Part shown: positions 46,695 through 56,006 of the stretch, piece after piece
Layout of the letters: each line of letters opens with the position of its first letter
Numbering within the stretch: position 1 is the first letter of the stretch
NCBI GenBank assembly: GCA_964349125.1
Contig: CAYGFH010000002.1
Location: 110,484 to 174,483, forward strand
DNA: 64,000 nucleotides
Reading direction: 5' to 3'
DNA from: an uncultured Gammaproteobacteria bacterium
Lineage (GTDB): Bacteria > Patescibacteriota > Microgenomatia > UBA10105 > UBA927
Notes under the pieces: generated by a model
Told to the model about the DNA's origin: nothing
Seen by the model: only the letters and a program-made list of their open reading frames with translations
Database searches by the model: none
Made by a program: the position numbers and the translations under genes

Positions 46695-48488
46695 TCATCC
46701 ACACTCTATGGGAGGGACATCCACCACAGTATAGACGGTTGTCATCCCAAAGGTATTCCATGGCTGCAGAAATAAGTATCTAGAAACCGCATTCCCGGCT
46801 TGTCTTTCATCAGCGCTAAAAAATACCGCTTTTATGTTGTTGGTCTTCACGAGCATATAGGCCTCACACGGAGACATGGTTCCGGCAAAAAATGACCAGG
46901 AAACTGCCAGTTTCTTATCCAACTCAGGTGTGTAGACAACCTGCCCTACATAGACTGACCTATTCACATATGTCGGTATTGTCATACCGGCAAGAGACAG
47001 TGACATGATCGCTTCGCCCGGTTTTGTTATAGCCCCAAGTTCACGAATTGCACTCACATATTGGATGTCTGGATATTGGTAGTCACGGCCAAAATAGACA
47101 TGTGCTATCTGTTCACTCACTGTGGAAGGGTACCCGACAAATGTCAGCACAACCATAGCGGCAATCACAAGGATACGAAGCACCGAGGGAAGAATCTGAA
47201 GCGCGGTGGAAAACCCGACTGCCCCCAAAATTGACAAGGGAACCCAGACAGCTACCTGTAAAAAACGGATATTGGATATCGGGTGAGTTCTGATAACCTC
47301 AAATGGGCTAAACGGCATGAGCTTTGACAGTGGGATCATCACAATTGAGGTGACAATCCAAAGCAATAATATAAGAAAATTCGAAATCCTAAACTCGAAA
47401 TTCGAAATATGTTTGATACCGTTATATGTTGTACCTTTTGTTTGTTTTGAATTTGTTTCGAGTTTCACGCTTCGTGCTTCGAATTTAAGTGATACGAATA
47501 TGGCAATCATGCCAATGATTGCAAAAAATACCACTGGCCCCAATGCCAACAGATATTCAGGTACGGATAATGCAAATGACCACCCTTCAAATGCACGTGC
47601 CAGATTCCAAGGAAAAATCGCGGATACACTGTTTATAATACCGAGTCCGCTTCCGGCTCCCACGAGTGAAGCAAAACCAATTTGGATCATCCTCTGTGAC
47701 CGGATGATCACCATAATGAGTGGGATGATAAGCAGTATCTGTATTGCGCTGGGAGGGTGGACAAATGCAGCAATCCACGCGGCGACTGCCACCCTCACGA
47801 GCCACCGTTTTCCCGTCCTTGATTCCCTATGCCACCAGGTGGAGAACGCCCATTTCGTCCGCTCGGGAACTATTTTTTTAGGAGCCTGGAAACGGACGTA
47901 TTCCAAAACCGATATAAACACAGAGACCATCATGATATGCCCCATTGTGAAGTGCGGGATAAAAGCCGCTCGAACTACGGGATCAAGCTCACTCCACCAG
48001 GTCATGTAGCCTGTGACAACCGGGGCTCCCAATACCTCGACCACACGGGGAAAACTGGCGCTAAACAAGGAAAATGCGAGAGCCAGTATCCTCTGCCATT
48101 TTTCCCGGATGGAGAGTGTTATGAGTCTGTATATCGCGATACACCAGATAATTCCGAGCACATAGCGCGAAGCGTGGTATGCAATATGCGCATCTGATAC
48201 CCCGATACTTCGTGCCACCATGCCTATAGCCAGATAGAAAAAATGGATCACACTCCCTTCGTGGGTCTCCGTGGCAAACGGATTGAATACTGTTATACTC
48301 CCGTCGACTCCCTGCCGCACCACAGACACGTAAAATGAATAATCACTCAGTGAATTGTGTATAGGGATGTACGTGTGGCCGGGATCAATCTGCGCGAGCT
48401 TCCCTACCCATACGGCGATATTAAGACACAGTGCTATGGCGCAAAGAAGGATAACGATGCCGTATTCACTCTTAGTAGCGTCCTTCAT
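46695..48488 (-). CDS. Polytopic membrane protein, putative GT-C-fold glycosyltransferase (paralog)
   Basis: 'LSDYSFYVSVVRQGVDGS' loop motif. It contains heptamer-repeat-encoded ISNFEFRISNF. C-terminus ...IKAVFFSADE...TTVYTVVD. Confidence 0.35.
   Translation of the reverse strand: MKDATKSEYGIVILLCAIALCLNIAVWVGKLAQIDPGHTYIPIHNSLSDYSFYVSVVRQGVDGSITVFNPFATETHEGSVIHFFYLAIGMVARSIGVSDAHIAYHASRYVLGIIWCIAIYRLITLSIREKWQRILALAFSLFSASFPRVVEVLGAPVVTGYMTWWSELDPVVRAAFIPHFTMGHIMMVSVFISVLEYVRFQAPKKIVPERTKWAFSTWWHRESRTGKRWLVRVAVAAWIAAFVHPPSAIQILLIIPLIMVIIRSQRMIQIGFASLVGAGSGLGIINSVSAIFPWNLARAFEGWSFALSVPEYLLALGPVVFFAIIGMIAIFVSLKFEARSVKLETNSKQTKGTTYNGIKHISNFEFRISNFLILLLWIVTSIVMIPLSKLMPFSPFEVIRTHPISNIRFLQVAVWVPLSILGAVGFSTALQILPSVLRILVIAAMVVLTFVGYPSTVSEQIAHVYFGRDYQYPDIQYVSAIRELGAITKPGEAIMSLSLAGMTIPTYVNRSVYVGQVVYTPELDKKLAVSWSFFAGTMSPCEAYMLVKTNNIKAVFFSADERQAGNAVSRYLFLQPWNTFGMTTVYTVVDVPPIECG
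47370..47480. repeat. TTCGAAA-type heptamer repeats inside CDS 46695..48488
   Basis: ttcgaaatcctaaactcgaaattcgaaat ... ttcgagtttcacgcttcgtgcttcgaattt. Confidence 0.6.
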
Positions 48489-48503
48489 ACTTTGATCATA
48501 GCA

Positions 48504-48546
48504 CGGTAAAATCGCTAATCGCTAATGGTTATTCGTTATTCGTATA
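48504..48546. repeat. Heptamer array (ATCGCTA x2, TGGTTAT, TCGTTAT x2-like) in the promoter region of the minus gene starting at 48488
   Basis: Read directly. Confidence 0.75.
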
Positions 48547-48600
48547 TATTATTCTGTCCCCTAACCCCTATTCTAATCTCTATGGTACAATTGCGCTGAT

Positions 48601-49371
48601 ATGAACGATGTAGACGAGCTTCCGGATCTGCCCAATCTCAAAAACACAGGCCTTATCGCAGGGGTAATTTGCGTGGGGCTTATCTTGTTTATCATTCTGC
48701 AACACAATTTGTCATTTCAAAAAACCTCACAAACAATAATCCCGGCTGGAAATACCTATCTTGGCCCCCCAAAGACAGAGACTCCGGCTCCCACCGCAGA
48801 AACGGTAGTAGCAACAAATACACCAGACACTACCCCACTTCCCACCGAAAAAGGCCGGACGAATACCAAAGCAGTCGTGACAATGAATGCACAGGGCAAA
48901 CTCACAGCTCCCGCAGATGTTCCCATGACCGTTATGAAAGGGAAAAGATATCCATACTCATTTTCTGTTCCGTCCACCCTCAAGCTAACGACGTTTCCCA
49001 ATGATCAATTTGATATTTACGCAATCGTGTGGGAAAACCGCCCGCCGGACCAGAACGTACTCGTTGGAGTTGATAATTTATCACGTACAGATGCACTAAA
49101 ACAATATATATCACTTTCCAAACGGTCATATGTGGAGACATGGTGGAAGCAGTTTGGAGGACTCAAGGGAGTCGCATCCATAGTGGAATTCAAAAACAGC
49201 AAAGGACTCAAGGGGTATCGTGCGAAATATTTAAACACCAGTAATCAGTCTCCAAACGAGGATGTTTTTTTTGAGACACCCGACCCCAAGTTCGTCATTC
49301 ATCTGGCAAGCGGCATTCTAGACAGCGCACTGTTTAACAGTATCGTTGATACCGTTTCGTGGAGTAAGTAA
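48601..49371 (+). CDS. Hypothetical membrane-anchored protein with Pro/Thr-rich linker
   Basis: TM helix LIAGVICVGLILFIIL, then a PTAETVVATNTPDTTPLPTEKG linker and a ~150-aa domain. Confidence 0.35.
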   Translation: MNDVDELPDLPNLKNTGLIAGVICVGLILFIILQHNLSFQKTSQTIIPAGNTYLGPPKTETPAPTAETVVATNTPDTTPLPTEKGRTNTKAVVTMNAQGKLTAPADVPMTVMKGKRYPYSFSVPSTLKLTTFPNDQFDIYAIVWENRPPDQNVLVGVDNLSRTDALKQYISLSKRSYVETWWKQFGGLKGVASIVEFKNSKGLKGYRAKYLNTSNQSPNEDVFFETPDPKFVIHLASGILDSALFNSIVDTVSWSK

Positions 49372-49451
49372 CAGTATTGTCATTCTCGACCATATCGAAA
49401 ATCTCTGTATAATTAATTACATATCCCCGCCCGCAGGGTGACTTTCTTTCT

Positions 49452-51047
49452 ATGAAGCGTGCAGTCATTAGTATCATCCTCATATTCACCATACTCAATA
49501 TCAGCAGTTTTTTTATTATGCGTGCTCGGGCACCAAAATATACCGTATACACGGGCGCGGTGCACTATCCGCCGGATTATCTGTACTACTTGTCCTATAT
49601 CGCTCAGGGACGTGATCATTGGGTGCTTGGAGAGAATCTTAAATCCGCTGAGACAACACAGGGAGCGCTGGTAAATTGGTTCTATGTACTGGGAGGACGC
49701 TTCGGCAACAGTATCGGAATGTCAGACATTATCACCTATCAACTACTCGTCATTATGGCAAGTATTTGGTATTTGTCTGCGTCCTATTTTTTATTTGCGC
49801 TCTGTTTCCCAAAGCAACCCATGACTCGGCTCATCGCATGGGTGCTGTTTTTGCTCTCAAATGCGTTTCCAAAAATCACTCATACGTCCCAGGGATGGGA
49901 TTTTGGATTTTACTACCCGTTTAACAATCTGGGACATCCCTTCGTACGGCTTTCAAATGTACCGCACCATACACTTATTCAGGGGTCTATTATGGCTGCA
50001 TTTGCATTCACTCTCTATTACTGGAAAACATACGCGCCAAACGCACTGGGCATGCTCATTCTGCTTGGTATGATACTCGGAACAATGCAGCCACTTCAGT
50101 GGGTGTTTACTGGTAGTGTAATTGGCGTGTATGGGCTTGTACTCTGCTACGCTATATATACAAAACAGTGGCAACACCCATATGAATTTCTCCGGCCGCT
50201 TTTGCCCGCTGTCTCATTATGTATCATAGGATTTCCCGGCGCACTCTATATACAGCACCTGTATAGTGGCCCTCTCTACCAATACATGCTTGCCTGGGAA
50301 AAAAATCAGCATGTGTTCATCCCTATTATCGACTTTATTCGGTTGCATGGCCCTGTGGTACTCATAGGGTTACTTGGCATTCCGATCACATTCCCAAAGA
50401 CCCCACGACATATACATATAGTATGGGTGTATTCAGGACTCGCGCTTGCTATTTTTTTCTCTCCTATCCCGCAGTGGATTGGAGTACTTAATCTTAGATT
50501 TTTGTCCGTGCTGCCAATATTCGTTGCTTCTTATGCAACTGCCGAACTCATTAGAAGGATAACGAAACGGGCATCGCAACAGCTTCGCTATCCCCTTATG
50601 TGGACCATCGCATTTCTTATCATCGCCATTACCATACCTGTCACATATGCACATGTTGCATTGGGTCGACCGAATGCTAAAGGCGAGGATGTACTCACCT
50701 ATCTGCCTATTGGTGCCTTCCAGATATATGAAACAGCAAAATACAGTATTGACCCACAGGAAACGACGTTGGTTACACCTCTGTTTACACAAAGCTTTCC
50801 AGCATTTACCGGTCGACATGTCTATGAGGCGGATGTATTTGGAACCATCGATTTTGCCCGCAAACACGCTGAGGCGCAGCGTTTTTGGAGCTCCATTGAC
50901 CCGCCAGATGTGCGTGCCAATTGGCTTCGCAAACAGGATATTTCCTATGTATTCACCTATGCCTGGACCCCTATTTCAGATATGCAAAACCTGACAGTGG
51001 TGTCTGCAAACGATTATGCTATCTTGTATAAAGTGCGGCACAATTAA
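49452..51047 (+). CDS. Polytopic membrane protein, putative GT-C-fold glycosyltransferase (paralog)
   Basis: 'PPDYLYYLSYIAQGRDHW' loop motif. C-terminus ...ISYVFTYAWTP...AILYKVRHN. Confidence 0.35.
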   Translation: MKRAVISIILIFTILNISSFFIMRARAPKYTVYTGAVHYPPDYLYYLSYIAQGRDHWVLGENLKSAETTQGALVNWFYVLGGRFGNSIGMSDIITYQLLVIMASIWYLSASYFLFALCFPKQPMTRLIAWVLFLLSNAFPKITHTSQGWDFGFYYPFNNLGHPFVRLSNVPHHTLIQGSIMAAFAFTLYYWKTYAPNALGMLILLGMILGTMQPLQWVFTGSVIGVYGLVLCYAIYTKQWQHPYEFLRPLLPAVSLCIIGFPGALYIQHLYSGPLYQYMLAWEKNQHVFIPIIDFIRLHGPVVLIGLLGIPITFPKTPRHIHIVWVYSGLALAIFFSPIPQWIGVLNLRFLSVLPIFVASYATAELIRRITKRASQQLRYPLMWTIAFLIIAITIPVTYAHVALGRPNAKGEDVLTYLPIGAFQIYETAKYSIDPQETTLVTPLFTQSFPAFTGRHVYEADVFGTIDFARKHAEAQRFWSSIDPPDVRANWLRKQDISYVFTYAWTPISDMQNLTVVSANDYAILYKVRHN

Positions 51048-51170
51048 CGGCCGTGCGCCACAAGAATCAGACATCATCTCAGGTTCTATAAATGCATAAT
51101 GGCGGGTGCTGTGTGTGTTTGTTACAATGCCATATACACAGCCGTTACATGACACTATAAGAGAGAACCA

Positions 51171-53126
51171 GTGGTATCAATGTGGTGTTATATTCTTATG
51201 AAACGAGTCTTTACATACCTTGCTGATCCATCTCATATACACATCATTTTAGCGGTGGGATTGCTGTTTCGTCTCGTACTTATACCGAGCCCCGGGTTTG
51301 AAGCGGACATTTCATTCTGGAAATCATGGGGTCTTGCTGTGCGTGATTACGGCATAGTGAAGGGATTACCACTTACGAATTTCAACTACCCTACTCCTTT
51401 CGGATACATGCTTGGTTTCATGGCGCATGTGTATAGCCTTTTCTCTGATCCGCATAATTTTGATCAGTTCTGGAAAAATACAAATCTCCTCTTCCTCACT
51501 GTTGCAAAAGCTCCATCAATTTTAGCTGATTTTGGTATTTTTACTATTATCCTTTGGGTTGGGAAAAATGCAAAACGGCTCAATTTTCCGCAACTTTCGC
51601 TCTCAATCTATTATCTTTTGGCAGCCATATATATACTTTCTCCCCTCCCGATGTTTGATGGTGCGCTTTGGGGACAGGTTGATAGTGTGGGGGTATTTCT
51701 GTTTCTGCTTGCCAATGTGTTCGTATGGAGAAAACAGCCACTTTTGGGAGGAATTTTTTACATGGTTTCCATGATGACCAAGCTGCAGAACCTTATCTAC
51801 GGACCGGCATTTTTTCTCTTTGTCTGGCAATATCTGGGTTATACGGGACTTGTGCGGGCAGTCGCCGGGAGCGTAGCCACATTTATCGGACTGAACATTG
51901 AGTTTATCCTTGCTAGGCAAATGTACCGCGTTGCGGGAGACCTGACAGGCAATTATGACTATTTCCCATGGATGTCGCTTAATGCCTATAACGTCTGGTG
52001 GATAGTAGCCAAGGCGCACGGGATGCAGATTTCAGATAAACTGTCAGTCATAGGTATTGCAAGCGCAAAGACAGTCGGATTATTTCTGTTTTCCTCCACA
52101 TACCTTTTGGCCTGTTTACAAATGCTTAGAGGTCGATTCCTTGGTGTCGTTGCGAGCGAAGCGCGGCAATCTCATCATAAGATTGCTTCGACCGATGGTA
52201 CTCATGGGTCTCGCAATGACATTGATGAAAGCTCAATCATCAATAAAGAACTTATCTTCCGCTACCTGAGCGCACTTATCATTGTGTGTGCCGGGTTCTT
52301 CCTATTCCAAACTCAATCGCACGACAGATATGCATTCCCAATCGCTGTATTTGCCCTTCTTTGGGCTCCCTTTTACATCAGCGGGTTACGTGTTGCGATA
52401 GACAAAGTACGCATACAACAATTTATATTGTTTTACGGAATTTTTACCGTTCTATTTTTCTACAACATCCATAACGCCATGATTGCAAACTACCCAAAAA
52501 ATGGCATCCCGCTTCTCGGTTCACTCAATATCCCTCCCCTGACCATCGCCACGTCGTATGGGCAAATAGGGTTATTCCTTGCCTTTCTGTACACTATCAG
52601 AACATACATAACGAACCAAATTTTCATAATTGCGACGAGTGTTTGGATATTACTTGTCGTCATGGCAAACAAGGCACTCATTCTGGGTAAGCCCATACCC
52701 ATCACAGACCTCACACCAATTACCAGCATCACGGGCTACGGCAGGCGTCAGGAAAACATGCCGGTGAATGCGAGTTTCGGTATAAAAAACTGGGGATTTT
52801 TGTCGGTACAATATGCGTACTACAAGCGAGGTATAGGAACACACGCGCCGAGCCGTGAGGTATATGATATAAATCGTAAGTTTCGCACACTTTCTACAGA
52901 CATGGGAATCGACACCAACGGCGGACCACAGGGAAGTGTGATATTTTCAGTGTATGGGGACGGGAAACAACTGTACCAATCAGAACTTATCAAGCGGTAC
53001 GAATTCCCTAGGCACGCCACCATAGATATAACAGGTGTAAAGACACTGGAACTAAGCATTTCAGATGGCGGAAACGGAAATTTTGATGATCATGCAAATT
53101 GGTTAAACACGTACCTGATACCGTAA
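51171..53126 (+). CDS. Polytopic membrane protein (GT-C-like paralog) with C-terminal NPCBM/NEW2 carbohydrate-binding domain
   Basis: The C-terminal 140 aa 'FGIKNWGFLSVQYAYYKRGIGTHAPSREVYDI...GIDTNGGPQGSVIFSVYGDGKQLYQS...LELSISDGGNGNFDDHANWLNTYL' match the NPCBM signature. The gene contains an in-frame 75-bp palindromic element at 52146..52220. Confidence 0.45.
   Translation: MVSMWCYILMKRVFTYLADPSHIHIILAVGLLFRLVLIPSPGFEADISFWKSWGLAVRDYGIVKGLPLTNFNYPTPFGYMLGFMAHVYSLFSDPHNFDQFWKNTNLLFLTVAKAPSILADFGIFTIILWVGKNAKRLNFPQLSLSIYYLLAAIYILSPLPMFDGALWGQVDSVGVFLFLLANVFVWRKQPLLGGIFYMVSMMTKLQNLIYGPAFFLFVWQYLGYTGLVRAVAGSVATFIGLNIEFILARQMYRVAGDLTGNYDYFPWMSLNAYNVWWIVAKAHGMQISDKLSVIGIASAKTVGLFLFSSTYLLACLQMLRGRFLGVVASEARQSHHKIASTDGTHGSRNDIDESSIINKELIFRYLSALIIVCAGFFLFQTQSHDRYAFPIAVFALLWAPFYISGLRVAIDKVRIQQFILFYGIFTVLFFYNIHNAMIANYPKNGIPLLGSLNIPPLTIATSYGQIGLFLAFLYTIRTYITNQIFIIATSVWILLVVMANKALILGKPIPITDLTPITSITGYGRRQENMPVNASFGIKNWGFLSVQYAYYKRGIGTHAPSREVYDINRKFRTLSTDMGIDTNGGPQGSVIFSVYGDGKQLYQSELIKRYEFPRHATIDITGVKTLELSISDGGNGNFDDHANWLNTYLIP
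52146..52220. mobile_element. MITE-like palindromic element copy A (75 bp) with terminal inverted repeats GTCGTTGCGAG / CTCGCAATGAC and internal hairpin GCAATCT-n7-AGATTGC, inserted in-frame in a CDS
   Basis: Direct alignment with copy B. It is translated as ...VVASEARQSHHKIASTDGTHGSRND. Confidence 0.6.
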
Positions 53127-53139
53127 TAACATTCTGCAT

Positions 53140-53231
53140 GTCATTGCGAGGAGTCCACGACAGTTCGTCGTGACGACGCGGCAATCTCTTTCGTATAGAT
53201 TGCTTCGCCGTTGGAACGGACTCGCAATGAC
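53140..53231. mobile_element. MITE-like palindromic element copy B (92 bp), intergenic
   Basis: TIRs GTCATTGCGAGGAGTCC / GGACTCGCAATGAC. It shares the core GCGGCAATCTC..AGATTGCTTCG with copy A. Confidence 0.6.
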
Positions 53232-53243
53232 AAAGAAGAATAT

Positions 53244-55751
53244 ATGAAAAAACTGACGATTGATAAAATACTAGGACTGCTGATGCTCATTTTTTCCATC
53301 GGCTTCAACTTGTTTCTCTACAGGTTGGAGCCCACCGCGACAATCGACCCAAACGACAATACATTCCAGTTTGCTCTCGTAGATAGGACAAACACTATAT
53401 GGGATTTTGCTGTCAAAAAGTGTTCATCTTCAATATCCGGAATTTTGACCTATCCGATCTGTCATTTTTCGTACTTGGCTGACCATTGGGTGAACAATTG
53501 GGCAGAAGGATATAACCTCCCCTACTACTACTCACATATCCCGCAGATTGCCATAGTTGGAAGCTACCGATTGATTCACTGGATTACTTCAATGTTCAAT
53601 GTTCAATTTTCAATTTTTCAATACTATCATGTAGTGATTTATTTGCTTCTGTGTTTTACTCCACTGCCTGTATTTCTTGCCATCCGTGTGATTGGATTGT
53701 CTTGGCTGACAGCAGGCATAGGCGCGCTCTTAGCTACACATTTATCTACGGACGGATTGTACGGCCTTGACCCGTCTTCGTACCTTTGGCGGGGATACGG
53801 ATTATCCAGTCAGCTGTTTGCGATGATATGGCTTCCTCTGGCATTGGCCTATTCGTATAAATTTTTCGTTAACCGTGAACCGTTAACCGCTAACCGCGAT
53901 TGGAAACACTTATTTTCGATTAACGATTTACGATTAGCGATTAGCGCTATTGTATTTACTACCCTCACCACCGCCGGTCATTTGGGTATCGGTATGATTA
54001 CCATGCTCTCTATTGGCTTTTTGGCTATCTCAAACCCGATTTCTAGATTCATGGAGCAGTCATCTCGTAAGGAAATCCTGCAGTCTCTTTTTGAATCGCT
54101 TATCCGATTATTCCTGATCGCAGGAGTGTCGATTTTCCTCCTGAGCTACTGGATTATCCCAACCTTTATACATGGCAACTTCCACAATATGTCCTTCTGG
54201 GATCCGGTGTGGAAATTTGACTCGTACGGGGCTATGGAAACAATCATCAGATTGTTCAATGGAGATCTATTGGACTTCGGGCGCGTCCCCATTCTGACCG
54301 CGCTAACATTTGCAGGGATAGTGGCTGGATTTGGTCTGACTATCAACAGGGCTGTGAAACGGGCTGAAGATGCTGACGGACAAGCAGATGGCATATATAA
54401 AACGCTCTACCCTTTCTCGTTTCTTTTCTTATTCTGGATAGTATTTTACTTCGGCCGTACCACGTGGGGTGGACTGATTGATCTCATTCCCGGCATGAAG
54501 GATTTTCATTTGTCCCGTTTCATAGTCGGTGTGCATGTAGCCTCTATGCTGTTAATACCGATCGGATTTTCTTGGATCGCTGAACAGTTGATTCAATACA
54601 TACAACGATCCAAGAATGTTCAATTTTCAATTTTCAATTATCGATTACCGTCTCACTTGCTTATTCGCGTATTTGTGTATATGTCTATTGGAATATTGAT
54701 TATTCCTCCTGTCTATCGGTGGACACTCACCTATAATGAGCTCAACGACCGACTGATCGTCCAGGCAAACGGCAACCATGCAAAGGTAACAGAAGATGAG
54801 CAGGCACTATTTACAAAGCTGCGAAGCCTACCTCCCGGGCGCATATTTGCGGGGCGTGGTGGAGGGTTCGGGAAACGGTTCGAGGTCGCGGAAACACCAT
54901 ACTACATGCATCTGTCCACGTACGGCCTTCCTACCACATTATGGCTCCCGGAAACATGGTCTATGAACTCCGATACAGAACAGTATTTCAGTGAGGATCA
55001 GGAAAAAGATTATGACTTATACAATATCAGATATGTGGCGGCTCCAGCAGATGAGCCGGCACGTCCATTTTGGACACTGATAGACGAACGCCCCACATGG
55101 AAACTGTATAAAGTGAAAACAACCGGATACTTCACCACAGGAGTACGACCGGCAACCATTTCTATCGGAAAACAATCATTTATGTCATTGGTTCACCTGT
55201 GGATTCAGTCAGATATGCATAAAAATAGATTGTTTCCCGAAATGACCTTTGATACAACGTATCCCAAACCATTCGGACTTCCAAATTTCAAAATGCTAGA
55301 TGAGGTTACGTACATGACCCCAGATGGAAAAAAGCACAACCTATGGGCTGAACCTCCGGTCTATCTCCCCTCGGGCGTGAAATCACTTGACGAGTTTGCA
55401 AAATTAGAAAACCAGAAGCAGGGAGACATGGAGCTCCTTGGCCCTGAGAAAACCGACACAGATATGGTATTTTCCACGACGGTGAAAGTCGGTAAAAATT
55501 GTACGGAGTGCATGGTTATCCTAAAACACACATTCCATCCCGGATGGAGGGCATTCATTGACGGAAAAGCGGCAAAAACGATGATAGTATTCCCCTTCTA
55601 TATCGGAGTTCATGTTCCAGAAGGAACACATACGATAACACTTTCTTATGAACCATCAAAGCTAAAAATAGCACTTCTTACAGCGGCTATCGTCGCCTTG
55701 GCAGGGTTCATTTGGTTAGCCCGTCTACACGCTCCAAAAAATCAAACCTAA
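53244..55751 (+). CDS. Large (about 835 aa) polytopic membrane protein, GT-C-like paralog with extended C-terminal extracytoplasmic domain and terminal TM
   Basis: I moved the start to MKKLTIDKILGLLMLIF because the track start at 53211 lies inside the MITE-like element. It contains heptamer-repeat-encoded NVQFSIFQY / NVQFSIFNY and LTANRDW...INDLRLAIS segments. Confidence 0.35.
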   Translation: MKKLTIDKILGLLMLIFSIGFNLFLYRLEPTATIDPNDNTFQFALVDRTNTIWDFAVKKCSSSISGILTYPICHFSYLADHWVNNWAEGYNLPYYYSHIPQIAIVGSYRLIHWITSMFNVQFSIFQYYHVVIYLLLCFTPLPVFLAIRVIGLSWLTAGIGALLATHLSTDGLYGLDPSSYLWRGYGLSSQLFAMIWLPLALAYSYKFFVNREPLTANRDWKHLFSINDLRLAISAIVFTTLTTAGHLGIGMITMLSIGFLAISNPISRFMEQSSRKEILQSLFESLIRLFLIAGVSIFLLSYWIIPTFIHGNFHNMSFWDPVWKFDSYGAMETIIRLFNGDLLDFGRVPILTALTFAGIVAGFGLTINRAVKRAEDADGQADGIYKTLYPFSFLFLFWIVFYFGRTTWGGLIDLIPGMKDFHLSRFIVGVHVASMLLIPIGFSWIAEQLIQYIQRSKNVQFSIFNYRLPSHLLIRVFVYMSIGILIIPPVYRWTLTYNELNDRLIVQANGNHAKVTEDEQALFTKLRSLPPGRIFAGRGGGFGKRFEVAETPYYMHLSTYGLPTTLWLPETWSMNSDTEQYFSEDQEKDYDLYNIRYVAAPADEPARPFWTLIDERPTWKLYKVKTTGYFTTGVRPATISIGKQSFMSLVHLWIQSDMHKNRLFPEMTFDTTYPKPFGLPNFKMLDEVTYMTPDGKKHNLWAEPPVYLPSGVKSLDEFAKLENQKQGDMELLGPEKTDTDMVFSTTVKVGKNCTECMVILKHTFHPGWRAFIDGKAAKTMIVFPFYIGVHVPEGTHTITLSYEPSKLKIALLTAAIVALAGFIWLARLHAPKNQT
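53867..53947. repeat. Heptamer arrays CGTTAAC-CGTGAAC-CGTTAAC-CGCTAAC-CGCGATT and CGATTAA-CGATTTA-CGATTAG-CGATTAG inside a CDS
   Basis: Read directly. Confidence 0.8.
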
Positions 55752-56006
55752 GCTTTAAAATCAATGGTGTATTGAAGCTAAAATTTTGACATATTGTATG
55801 AATATTGCTATTGACCAATCTATCCGCATTGTTTTCTCTCGCGATAAAGACACGTGTTATCTTCTCGACATCGGCTCGCACGATGAGGTGTATTAGTTTG
55901 AGAGACAACCACTTGTGTAAAATATACTCACGCCCTTCAAACATGTCACTGTTTTTGGGAATCACTTCTGAGTTTCTTTAACACTCGGCGTTCACGATGT
56001 GTATTT

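Noticed and set aside
46355-46702. 115-aa ORF in the 344-bp spacer between two membrane-GT genes
   Set aside because: It overlaps the stop of 46695..48488 and covers the conserved leader element. No signal or motif. More likely noncoding regulatory sequence.
47317-48009. 230-aa ORF on the plus strand, and many similar 60-170-aa ORFs antisense to or out of frame with the large membrane and enzyme genes (for example 13807..14571, 45403..45915, 9442..9687, 10943..11251, 37480..38184)
   Set aside because: They overlap longer ORFs that have clear family motifs, and they have low-complexity or odd composition. Treated as shadow ORFs.
53211-53243. Track start MERTRNDKEEY for the 846-aa membrane protein
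   Set aside because: These codons lie inside MITE-like element copy B. The downstream MKKLTIDKIL start gives a normal N-terminus.
55752-56006. Possible terminator hairpin (AAGCTTtaaaatcaatggtgtattgAAGCTaaaatttt) between the convergent 53244 gene and the giant gene
   Set aside because: 5-bp stem with a 21-nt loop; too weak to call.
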